Assembly: GCA_039801565.1 (NCBI GenBank)
Contig: JBDRUX010000018.1
Coordinates: forward strand, 1-30,609
Direction: 5' to 3'
DNA: 30,609 nt
DNA from: a candidate division WOR-3 bacterium
GTDB taxonomy: Bacteria; Hydrothermota; Tepidihabitantia; Tepidihabitantales; JAOUPE01
Under the pieces are notes generated by a model. It searched no databases, was not told the DNA's origin, and saw nothing but the letters and a program-made list of their open reading frames with translations. Within the stretch, counting starts at the first letter, position 1; every line of letters starts with the position of its first letter. The position numbers were made by a program, and so were the translations under genes. Below are positions 9,063 to 17,380 of this stretch, piece by piece.

Positions 9063-9902
9063 ATTATTAGTCTATTCTTACCTCTCTTTGCAGCGCCTTG
9101 GAATCTATCAGTTGACGCAAATTTAACCTTAAATCAAAATGCTTACAGCAACAATTGGGTCGGCGGCGAGTTGGGCACGCTGGCATGGGCTTTTACCACC
9201 AACTCCGTAGCTGAGAAGCAGATTCATCCCAAAATCAGCAATAAGAATACACTCAAGCTTGCTTATGGACAAACTTATATGCAGGAGAAAGATACCAAGA
9301 AGTGGTTAGACCCGATAAAATCTACTGACCTGATTGATTTCGAATCGGTTTTGCGTTTCACCTTAGGGGGATTTGTTGACCCATTTATTGCTGGTCGCAT
9401 TGAAACGCAGTTCTATGATAATAGGGACCCATCTTTGAGCAGATTCATTAATCCCTTGAAATTGACAGAAGCGCTTGGTATTGCCCGGATTTTTATAAAA
9501 CAGGAGAAACGGGAATTGAGTTCGCGTCTTGGTTTCGGTTTAAAGCAGTTAATTGACCGGGATGTTTTAGTTGGTACGAACCGAGAAACACAAACCAGTA
9601 ATTATGGCGGTTTAGATTTCGTAACTGATTTCAAAACTCCTCTGGCCAAGGAAAGAATTACCTATATTAGCAAGCTTAATGTATTCCAGGCAGTATTTTA
9701 CTCAGAATCAAACAGACTACCGGATTCACTCAAAAACAACTGGAAATACCCGGATATCAATTGGGAAAACATATTCACTGCCAGTATCACCAAATACTTG
9801 ATGGTTAATCTTTATACTCAACTCCTTTATGATAAAGAAATCACCACTAGCGTTAGGATAAAAGAAGGCTTAGCCTTGGGTTTAACTTTTAAACTTATTT
9901 AA
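9063..9902 (+). CDS. DUF3078-like outer-membrane beta-barrel protein; start probably ATT 9063 or 9066
   Basis: Frame is open from 9051 and encodes [35 protein letters not shown] upstream of TTG 9171; SD AGGAGGT at 9052-9058; C-terminal amphipathic strand. Confidence 0.7.
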   Translation: MISLFLPLFAAPWNLSVDANLTLNQNAYSNNWVGGELGTLAWAFTTNSVAEKQIHPKISNKNTLKLAYGQTYMQEKDTKKWLDPIKSTDLIDFESVLRFTLGGFVDPFIAGRIETQFYDNRDPSLSRFINPLKLTEALGIARIFIKQEKRELSSRLGFGLKQLIDRDVLVGTNRETQTSNYGGLDFVTDFKTPLAKERITYISKLNVFQAVFYSESNRLPDSLKNNWKYPDINWENIFTASITKYLMVNLYTQLLYDKEITTSVRIKEGLALGLTFKLI

Positions 9903-9922
9903 AAGAAAGAAGGAGGTCAAAA

Positions 9923-10378
9923 ATGTTCAAAGAGTTCAAAGAATTTGCGATGCGGGGCAATGTCGTTGATATGGCAGTTGGCATTATTATGGGTGCTGCT
10001 TTTGGTGCTATTGTCAATTCCTTAGTTAACGATGTGATAATGCCACCAATTGGACTGCTGTTGGGTAAACTCGACTTTTCTAATCTATTTATTGTCCTAA
10101 AATCGGGTATCACGCTTGGACCTTACCATTCCTTAATTGCTGCCAAAAATGCCGGCGCAGTCACTTTTAATTATGGAATGTTTATCAATACGATTGTCAA
10201 TTTTGTGATTGTCGCTTTTGCAGTTTTTCTTTTAGTTCGCAATATCAATAAGCTTAAGCGCGAAAAAGAAGTTCCATTAACAATACCAACAACTAAAGAT
10301 TGTCCATATTGCTACTCCAAGATACCGATTAAGGCGACTCGTTGCCCAAATTGTACTTCGCAACTAGCGGAATCATAA
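9923..10378 (+). CDS. mscL: Large-conductance mechanosensitive channel with C-terminal CxxC...CxxC ribbon
   Basis: [19 protein letters not shown] and YGMFI; SD AGGAGGT. Confidence 0.95.
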   Translation: MFKEFKEFAMRGNVVDMAVGIIMGAAFGAIVNSLVNDVIMPPIGLLLGKLDFSNLFIVLKSGITLGPYHSLIAAKNAGAVTFNYGMFINTIVNFVIVAFAVFLLVRNINKLKREKEVPLTIPTTKDCPYCYSKIPIKATRCPNCTSQLAES

Positions 10379-10434
10379 AATGCTTTTTTAAAGGAATAAT
10401 TAAGTTCTTATATCTATGAGCCGGACATAAATAA

Positions 10435-11409
10435 TTGAAACTCGCTTTTGTTTATTTTACACAAGTTCGAGACCGCTGGACAGCGTTAGATATCCTGCGT
10501 GGTGTGGCTATCCTCTTTATGATTTTGAGTAACTTTTTAGCTAATTACAATATTTTACCTTCGTGGTTTTGGCATGCGACATGGAATGGCTTAACCATCG
10601 CTGATTTAGGTGTTCCCATCTTCCTCTTTGCCATCGGTGTGTCTTATCAATTATCATTTTCGAAACGACTTCGCCAATTCGGTAAAACTGCCACCGTTTT
10701 ACATTTTTTGAAGCGGTATTTGACTCTCTTTATTTTTGGTTTCTTCGGCTATCGGTTAGTGATGGGAAGATTTGAGTGGGAAGTTTTACAATTAATCGGC
10801 GCAGTCGGGATTTTTGTTCTCGGCTTAATGTTTCTTAAGCCACTATTCCGAATAATCATCGCCTTTGTCTTTTTAATTTTTTACGAACTGACCATTTTAG
10901 ATGGTGCATTGAATTGGGTTATGAAATTCACTGAATCCGGATTGGGCGGTCCATATTCAATTCTTGCGTGGAGTTTTATTGTTTTGTTTGGCTCAACTTT
11001 CGTCCAGTGGATTAAGAATAAAAGATCTAATACGGTTATTAATTTCTTTGCTTTTTGGGAGTTAATTTTAATTGGTACCGGTATCGCCATTTCATTTATT
11101 ATTCCATTCAATAAACATCTGGTCTCAATTTCTTATGTTTTGTTTACCACTGGGATAGCAGTAGGTGGATTGTTACTTTTTTATCTTATCACCGAAATTT
11201 ATCACTATCCGATTCCAATCTTCAACTTAATTGGCAAGAATGCATTGATTTGTTATATCACAAGTCAACTTCTGTCAGTAATTGTAACCAGATTATTACC
11301 AAGGAAAATTGGCATCCCAATTCTTTTAACTAATGCAGTTATAATCCTTTTTGTTTGTATTTTGCTGGTTTGGTTTTTAGACAGAAAAAGACTTTATATC
11401 CGCGTTTAG
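10435..11409 (+). CDS. Heparan-alpha-glucosaminide N-acetyltransferase-like (NagX/DUF5009-like) membrane protein
   Basis: R..ALDILRG, HATWNGLTIADL..PIFLFAIGVS, NKHLVSISYVL and GKNAL; many transmembrane segments. Confidence 0.75.
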   Translation: MKLAFVYFTQVRDRWTALDILRGVAILFMILSNFLANYNILPSWFWHATWNGLTIADLGVPIFLFAIGVSYQLSFSKRLRQFGKTATVLHFLKRYLTLFIFGFFGYRLVMGRFEWEVLQLIGAVGIFVLGLMFLKPLFRIIIAFVFLIFYELTILDGALNWVMKFTESGLGGPYSILAWSFIVLFGSTFVQWIKNKRSNTVINFFAFWELILIGTGIAISFIIPFNKHLVSISYVLFTTGIAVGGLLLFYLITEIYHYPIPIFNLIGKNALICYITSQLLSVIVTRLLPRKIGIPILLTNAVIILFVCILLVWFLDRKRLYIRV

Positions 11410-11462
11410 ACTAACCGCAAAAATAGTCTCGGATAGTCGGCAAAGTGATGCTGACTCTTTAA

Positions 11463-12206
11463 TCACATAAGCATTCCGCCATCAACTCTTATCACCTGAC
11501 CGGTGATATAGGATGCTTCATCTGAAGCTAAAAAGAGACAAAGGTTTGCCACATCTTCGGGTAAACCCTCTCGACCCAAAGGAATCAGTTTGCGATAGTT
11601 TTCCTTAATGTTTTCAGGTAGGTTTTCGGTCATTGGGGTCTTGATAAACCCGGGGGCGATGGCATTTACTGTGATATTTCTTGATGCCAGTTCCTTAGCA
11701 ATTGATTTAGTAAATCCAATAATGCCAGCCTTAGCTGCTGCGTAGTTGGCTTGTCCAGCATTGCCCATTTCCCCAATAATCGAACTGATATTAATGATTC
11801 TACCCCATCCTTCCTTAATCATAAATTTGACGCTGGCTTTAGTAAAGTTGAATGTACCTTTCAGGTTAACAGCAATTACCTTATCGAAATCCTGTTCATT
11901 CATTCTTAAAAGTAAACTGTCTTTAGTTATCCCAGCATTATTCACAAGGATTTCGATACCACCGAGTGTCTCGGCAATCTTATTTACGGTTGTTGTCACC
12001 TCTTCAAATGAACTGACATCAACTTTATAAGGTATCGCCTTTGCTCCAATGATTTCAATTTCTTTAGCCACCAGATTCACTGCTTCTAAGTTTATATCAC
12101 AGATTGCAATCAAGCAGTCTTCTTCGGCAAATCGTTTGGCAATCGCTTTGCCGATACCTGAACCTGCCCCGGTTACAATTACTTTTTTACCTTTAAGTTT
12201 AAACAT
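11463..12206 (-). CDS. fabG: 3-oxoacyl-ACP reductase
   Basis: TGAGSGIG, NNAGIT, GNAGQANYAAAK and PGFI. Confidence 0.92.
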   Translation of the reverse strand: MFKLKGKKVIVTGAGSGIGKAIAKRFAEEDCLIAICDINLEAVNLVAKEIEIIGAKAIPYKVDVSSFEEVTTTVNKIAETLGGIEILVNNAGITKDSLLLRMNEQDFDKVIAVNLKGTFNFTKASVKFMIKEGWGRIINISSIIGEMGNAGQANYAAAKAGIIGFTKSIAKELASRNITVNAIAPGFIKTPMTENLPENIKENYRKLIPLGREGLPEDVANLCLFLASDEASYITGQVIRVDGGMLM

Positions 12207-12230
12207 ATCCCTCCCACTCTAATATTGATT

Positions 12231-13910
12231 TCATCTTATTATTGTAAACCAACCCTTACTCCGTTCAGTAACTCCTTTTTCCGATTTCAATTCAACCAAG
12301 TAAAAATAGAGTCCGCTGGCTACCTTATAGCCTTTTTCGTTTTTTAAATTCCAAAATACTAATCTTTGCTTCCGTTGCTGTTCATTAGGTTTTATAGTTG
12401 TGATATATTCCCCAGCCAGATTAAAGATTTTGACCGAAAAATCCGGGAATTTAGTCGCCAGTTTAACCGTATCGGTTGGGACATAGACAATCGCTAACTT
12501 ATCATTGTTGTTTGAAACTACCAAGGGATTAGGGAAAGAATAAACATTACCTAAAAATAATGGTTCAATCATCAACTTGGCGGTCATAATTGAATCAGCA
12601 ACCGAAATATTATTAACACCGACACCGCTTAACGAGCCGTCATAGAATTGACTATAAGGTCTTTGATTGTTTGGATCCGGATAAGCCAGAAAACCAATTG
12701 AATCATTCTGCCACAAAGTTTGAGCACCGCCCCAATCGCCTGCGGGTAAAGCATAACCTAATCTATCAGCTTGAATTATTCCAACCAAAGGGTGTCTTTC
12801 ATCAGAATTATCCGAGCGGCTTTCGTCAATGTGAAGAATCAGAAGACCTGAACCAGGTAGACCTTGGTCAAAGCCGGTGCGATAACGATTTTCGACTAAA
12901 AAGTATTCACCGACCCCGCTATTTTGTATTGTCCAATCAACGCCATTGGGATTGGCTAATAAGCGATAACAGTTTGGCGTTCTTGCTACGGCAGAAAGTG
13001 ATGCGGTGATTTCAGTTTCTAAGGTTCCGCGTTCCAAGGCTGCGGGATTTAACCATCCCAAGGCATATTTTGCCCAAGCACATAAATGTACCGGCGAACT
13101 ACCGGGTGCATCATCTTTGCTGCTTCTTGCCCAAGAGCCACCGGCCATCAAACAAAACCAACCTAAGCCGGATGAAGTGTAATCGGTATCGTATAAATCA
13201 GGCAGACCCAAGATATGACCAAATTCGTGAGCAAAGACCCCAATCGTAATCAATGCCCCGTTATCAAATCGCTCCGGCTGAATTGTGAAAATATCAACTC
13301 TTACACCATCATTAGTTTGATAAGGTGACCGTCCATCCGAAAGTTGCCATTTGTGCGACCACATATCAGTCTTGCGTCCAGTCTCTTCTGCACCCGGACC
13401 AGAATGGACAATGAAAAGATTATCAACTAATCCATCGCCATTTTCATCGAATTGGCTGAAGTTTACCTGGGCATCGGCTAAGGCGATAACATCTTCAACT
13501 AATCTTTGAGAATTATTGGGATAGGGTTTGTAAATTCCAAACGAATCGCCGACATAAAAAGAATAAGGTTCTGGGGCTCGAAACCAACCGTAAACCTCGC
13601 CTACTAAAGTAAATTGTCCATAAGAAACTTCCTGATAATAACCAGTTAAGGAATTAGCGGTTGGGCTGAATAACAGGTTCTGAATTTGGTTTTTAGAATA
13701 AATACTCGGTTTATCCGAAAAATCAACTAACAAAACTAAAGCCTTTTGTGTACCGAAAATTGGTGCCTTTAATGGTTCAGGTTTTTCTACTTTCGCCGGA
13801 AAAACTATCCTTACCTGAGGTCGGTCCTTAGGTTGATAAGGACTCGGTGGCATCGCCAATAAACAATCGAACAAAGCCAGCAAGAAGAATATAAATTTTA
13901 ACGAGCGCAT
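12231..13910 (-). CDS. Secreted M6-family (immune inhibitor A-like) metalloprotease with FlgD/CTD-like C-terminus
   Basis: Signal peptide; LVLLVDFSD, YYQEVSYG, HEFGHILGLPDLY, LMAGGSW and EYFLVENR; FPNP...SGLYFY tail. Confidence 0.9.
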   Translation of the reverse strand: MRSLKFIFFLLALFDCLLAMPPSPYQPKDRPQVRIVFPAKVEKPEPLKAPIFGTQKALVLLVDFSDKPSIYSKNQIQNLLFSPTANSLTGYYQEVSYGQFTLVGEVYGWFRAPEPYSFYVGDSFGIYKPYPNNSQRLVEDVIALADAQVNFSQFDENGDGLVDNLFIVHSGPGAEETGRKTDMWSHKWQLSDGRSPYQTNDGVRVDIFTIQPERFDNGALITIGVFAHEFGHILGLPDLYDTDYTSSGLGWFCLMAGGSWARSSKDDAPGSSPVHLCAWAKYALGWLNPAALERGTLETEITASLSAVARTPNCYRLLANPNGVDWTIQNSGVGEYFLVENRYRTGFDQGLPGSGLLILHIDESRSDNSDERHPLVGIIQADRLGYALPAGDWGGAQTLWQNDSIGFLAYPDPNNQRPYSQFYDGSLSGVGVNNISVADSIMTAKLMIEPLFLGNVYSFPNPLVVSNNNDKLAIVYVPTDTVKLATKFPDFSVKIFNLAGEYITTIKPNEQQRKQRLVFWNLKNEKGYKVASGLYFYLVELKSEKGVTERSKGWFTIIR

Positions 13911-13992
13911 TTTTAGTAACAGAAAACTATTTTTAACTAAATTCTGACTAAGTCTTGTAAATTCACAGACGATGGTAATTCTCTAATAACCG

Positions 13993-14349
13993 TTAAGCCG
14001 TTATGAGTTCTTCTTTGCGATCAACCATCTGGCATTTGCCTTCAAAGAAACAATCTTTTTGGATTATCAGACGTTTGCAATGGATGTCACCGAAAATAGC
14101 CGCGCCGGATTGCATTTCTAACGCATTAGCGACATAAAGATTGCCTTCGATTCGACCAGCGATAATTGCATCTTTACACCGGATATCACCTTTGATAAAT
14201 GAGTCTTTGCCCGTAATTAAAATTGAACCCACTTCAACGTTACCTTCAATTTGTCCATCAAGCCGAAGTCCGGTTTCAGTTACAATATCGCCCTTGATTC
14301 TGACAGTCTTACCAATGATTGTATCCAATCGCTCTTCATTTTTGCTCAT
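13993..14349 (-). CDS. Bactofilin (polymer-forming cytoskeletal protein)
   Basis: TIIG...IKGDI...LRLDG.IEGNV beta-helix repeats ending FEGKCQM. Confidence 0.9.
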   Translation of the reverse strand: MSKNEERLDTIIGKTVRIKGDIVTETGLRLDGQIEGNVEVGSILITGKDSFIKGDIRCKDAIIAGRIEGNLYVANALEMQSGAAIFGDIHCKRLIIQKDCFFEGKCQMVDRKEELITA

Positions 14350-14355
14350 AAACTT

Positions 14356-14383
14356 AGTATATTACTCAAATACAATTTGTCAA
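14356..14383 (-). promoter_or_regulatory. Bactofilin promoter (leaderless type)
   Basis: TTGACA-N16-TATACT-N6-ATG. Confidence 0.75.
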
Positions 14384-14422
14384 TAATGGAAAAACTTTTT
14401 AGTTGGTCTTCAGTAGTTCTTA

Positions 14423-14438
14423 CCGATGAGACCTGGCA
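14423..14438 (+). repeat. Left arm of a perfect 16-bp inverted repeat
   Basis: CCGATGAGACCTGGCA is the reverse complement of 15480-15495. Confidence 0.95.
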
Positions 14439-14453
14439 TTATTTATTTTCTTA

Positions 14454-15461
14454 TTATTTCGTGCCTTGGGAAAATAAATCCACAAAAAGCTGTTCGAAAT
14501 CTTCGGATGTGTTATCTGGGTACTCTATCCAGACATAAAGATATGGATAGTTATATTGGTCGTATCTCTTCTCACTTTTAATCCAAGCCGCATGGGCACC
14601 ACTTTTGGTCACCTCACCTTCGACCAATTGAATTCCGTCTGAATCCGGTTCAGCAAAATCAATTTTTACCTTCCAACCATTGTAATCATCATAAGTGGCA
14701 TCTTTTACAACTACGCTATCCAAAGGTGGCGTGTTGTCTTTAGCACCTAATTTGATTTGATACCAGGGACGGCCATTTACCTTTGACAATCGAAATGTTA
14801 AGTCTACATTAGGCGGTGAGGTGTAGTTAAAAACAAAACTGAACTTGACTCCAACCGCAGTCAATTCAACTTCTATTTTCCGAACGTCATCAATTGAATT
14901 ACCATATTGGATTCCTTTAAGGTTTAATAAAAAGTAACTGGTGTTATCAACCTGTAAATCCACCATCAGTTTAGTTAAAGCATCTTCACCACCAATTTGG
15001 GTCCATTGGTAATTGGATAACGCAAGTAAGCAGTTATGCTGCACCATTGCTGAGTCAACCCAAATCCATTCAAATAAAATTGAATCAGCTGGGACAATTG
15101 AATAGTGTTCCCATTGAGAAGTCGAAGCATTCCAACGCCATTTTCCAGCCAAGGTATCCCAAGGGCCTGTGGCATTCAATGTTGTTAAAACCAAACGCGG
15201 AATCGCCTTTTTCCCACCAGCGAGCACCTTTAGCATTTCACTTTTTTTACTGCCAAAACCTAATGGCAGTGATTGGAGGATATTCATACTTCCAATTAGT
15301 GCTTTGCCGCCGGTGTTATTTAAAACATCAGTGTTTATTGTTTCAGCACCTTCTCGCAGTGCGGCTCTTGTCTCATCTTTGGTTGGCATTTTCTTTTTAC
15401 AAACTACCAAGCTGGTTACGAAAATTGCCAAAAGGCTAAAGTGTATAACCTTTCTAAACAT
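14454..15461 (-). CDS. Hypothetical lipoprotein, beta-rich
   Basis: SD AGGAG before ATG 15461; MFRK, hydrophobic stretch, then SLVV-C-KKK lipobox-like site. Confidence 0.75.
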   Translation of the reverse strand: MFRKVIHFSLLAIFVTSLVVCKKKMPTKDETRAALREGAETINTDVLNNTGGKALIGSMNILQSLPLGFGSKKSEMLKVLAGGKKAIPRLVLTTLNATGPWDTLAGKWRWNASTSQWEHYSIVPADSILFEWIWVDSAMVQHNCLLALSNYQWTQIGGEDALTKLMVDLQVDNTSYFLLNLKGIQYGNSIDDVRKIEVELTAVGVKFSFVFNYTSPPNVDLTFRLSKVNGRPWYQIKLGAKDNTPPLDSVVVKDATYDDYNGWKVKIDFAEPDSDGIQLVEGEVTKSGAHAAWIKSEKRYDQYNYPYLYVWIEYPDNTSEDFEQLFVDLFSQGTK

Positions 15462-15479
15462 ATGACTCCTTTCGTTCAC

Positions 15480-15495
15480 TGCCAGGTCTCATCGG
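15480..15495 (-). repeat. Right arm of the 16-bp inverted repeat
   Basis: TGCCAGGTCTCATCGG. Confidence 0.95.
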
Positions 15496-15514
15496 GAGCT
15501 TCTTACGATACTTT

Positions 15515-15542
15515 ATTGTAGTGCAAATTTATGGAATGTCAA
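15515..15542 (-). promoter_or_regulatory. Lipoprotein promoter, outside the inverted repeat
   Basis: TTGACA-N16-TACAAT on the minus strand. Confidence 0.75.
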
Positions 15543-15558
15543 GGACTATCACAATTTA

Positions 15559-16863
15559 TTACGCGATATAAGAAATTATTATTTTTAGTTTCGGAACTTT
15601 TTTCTGGCTAAAAGCGTAACAGTTCTTGAGTTCCTGAGTAATGGTTATGGCTAAAGAGTCATCATTAGTCAATATCGTAGCTAAAATATCGCCAACTTTA
15701 ACATAACTACCAAATTTTTTATGGATAATAAAACCAACCGCCGGGTCTATCTTATCAGAAATTTTTTTTCTGCCGGCTCCCAATTCGACTGCCAGCAATC
15801 CAATTCTTTGGGTGTCGATCTTTGCTATATAACCAGATTGGTCTGATTTAACTTCAATCTGATATTTTGCGGAAGGCAAGCGGGAATAATCTTCAATTAC
15901 CTTTGGGTCACCACCTTGACTTTTAACTAAGTCTTCAAATTTTCTTAAGGCACCGCCATTGTCAATCGCTCCTTTTAATAACTTCCTCGCCGCGGTTTTT
16001 GTTTTAACTTTTTTACTCATCAAAAGCATCTCTTCGCCTAAGGCATAAACTACGGTCATCAAGTCTTTTTCACCCTTGCCTTTTAATGCTTCAATCGCTT
16101 CAATTACTTCTAAGGCATTACCAACCATTTTACCCAAAGGTTGATTCATATCAGTGATAAATGCGGTAACTTTTTTATTCATCCTTTTTCCAATCGCAAT
16201 CATTGTCTTGGCAAGCCTTCGGGCATCGGCAAGTCTTGTCATAAACGCACCAGAACCGGTTTTAACATCCAACACCAATCCATCAATCCCTTCGGCTAAT
16301 TTTTTGGACATTATACTGGCAGCGATTAAAGGAATTGAATCAACCGTAGCGGTAACATCACGCAAGGCATAAATCTTTTTGTCAGCCGGAGCTAATTCTT
16401 CGGTTTGACCAATCATTGCTAGACCGATATTCTTTAGATTAGCAAGAAATTCACCATAAGAAAGATTAGTACGAAATCCTGGAATTGACTCTAACTTATC
16501 CAAAGTTCCACCAGTATGTCCCAATCCCCTTCCTGATACCATTGGCACGGTTACGCCACAAGCAGCAACTAACGGGGCTAAAATCAGTGAAACTTTATCT
16601 CCTACTCCACCTGTTGAATGTTTATCTATTTTTACCCCAGGGATTGAAGATAAATCAAAGACTTTGCCCGAATGCATCATTGCTAAAGTCAAATTAGTAG
16701 TTTCTTCAAAACTCATTCCTTGAAAATAGATAGCCATCAAAAAAGCCGAAAATTGATAATCGGGAATTTTATTATTAGTATAGCCTTCGATTAAGAAATT
16801 TATTTCCTCCCAGCTCAGACTTTTTCCATCGCGTTTTTTCTTGATTATCTCATAAACGTTCAT
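15559..16863 (-). CDS. pdp: Pyrimidine-nucleoside/thymidine phosphorylase (start ATG 16863)
   Basis: IIKKKRDG, DKHSTGGVGDK, SGRGLGHTGGTLDKLE, ALRDVTATV and SIMSKK. Confidence 0.93.
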   Translation of the reverse strand: MNVYEIIKKKRDGKSLSWEEINFLIEGYTNNKIPDYQFSAFLMAIYFQGMSFEETTNLTLAMMHSGKVFDLSSIPGVKIDKHSTGGVGDKVSLILAPLVAACGVTVPMVSGRGLGHTGGTLDKLESIPGFRTNLSYGEFLANLKNIGLAMIGQTEELAPADKKIYALRDVTATVDSIPLIAASIMSKKLAEGIDGLVLDVKTGSGAFMTRLADARRLAKTMIAIGKRMNKKVTAFITDMNQPLGKMVGNALEVIEAIEALKGKGEKDLMTVVYALGEEMLLMSKKVKTKTAARKLLKGAIDNGGALRKFEDLVKSQGGDPKVIEDYSRLPSAKYQIEVKSDQSGYIAKIDTQRIGLLAVELGAGRKKISDKIDPAVGFIIHKKFGSYVKVGDILATILTNDDSLAITITQELKNCYAFSQKKVPKLKIIISYIA

Positions 16864-16868
16864 AAGAA

Positions 16869-16929
16869 ATACTATTTCACAATTTCTATTTGTCAATAGT
16901 CTTGACTTTAATATCGGTTTTAATATCAT
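16869..16929. promoter_or_regulatory. Back-to-back promoters for pdp and queF
   Basis: Minus: TTGACA(16896)-N16-TAGTAT-N5-ATG. Plus: TTGACT(16902)-N16-TATCAT-N5-ATG. Confidence 0.75.
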
Positions 16930-16934
16930 CACTT

Positions 16935-17339
16935 ATGCCTAAAAGATTATACACTGACCAACATGCTAAGGCAGGAATTACCTCACCTTTACCCAAGATT
17001 GAAACCTGGAAAAATCAATTTGCCGATTACGAAATTACTATCGAAGTGCCAGAGTTCACATCGGTCTGTCCGCGAACCGGCTTACCGGACTTTGGAACAA
17101 TCACGGTGCGCTATTTGCCCAACAAACTTTGTATCGAGCTGAAATCTTTTAAATACTATATCTTAGGATTTCGTAATCTCGGCATCTTTTACGAAAATGC
17201 GGTCAACCGAATCTTAAAAGACTTGGTCAAAGCCTGTAAACCAAAATGGATGGTCGTTCGAGGCGAATTCAATATTCGCGGGGGAATGAAGACAACCGTT
17301 GAGGCAAGATTTCCTAAAAATCTTTTAAAAAAGACTTGA
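16935..17339 (+). CDS. queF: NADPH-dependent 7-cyano-7-deazaguanine reductase (preQ1 synthase)
   Basis: PEFTSVCPRTGLPDF, ELKSFKYY and FNIRGG. Confidence 0.92.
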   Translation: MPKRLYTDQHAKAGITSPLPKIETWKNQFADYEITIEVPEFTSVCPRTGLPDFGTITVRYLPNKLCIELKSFKYYILGFRNLGIFYENAVNRILKDLVKACKPKWMVVRGEFNIRGGMKTTVEARFPKNLLKKT

Positions 17340-17363
17340 CTTGTCCAATAAAAACTTTAAACT
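17336..17363 (+). promoter_or_regulatory. sigma70-type promoter
   Basis: TTGACT-N16-TAAACT followed by AGGAGG. Confidence 0.7.
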
Positions 17364-17380
17364 AACTTAAAGGAGGCGTT

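Noticed and set aside
14423..15495. Both inverted-repeat arms contain a BsaI site (GGTCTC), suggesting a synthetic construct
   Set aside because: Both ends would give the same overhang, the insert has native composition and RBS, and no vector sequence is present; likely coincidence.
15462..15500. CCGATGAG...CGAAA resembles a hammerhead core or part of a SAM-I riboswitch
   Set aside because: The core is CCGAUGA rather than CUGAUGA, the required stems are missing, and the ~50-nt leader is too short for SAM-I.
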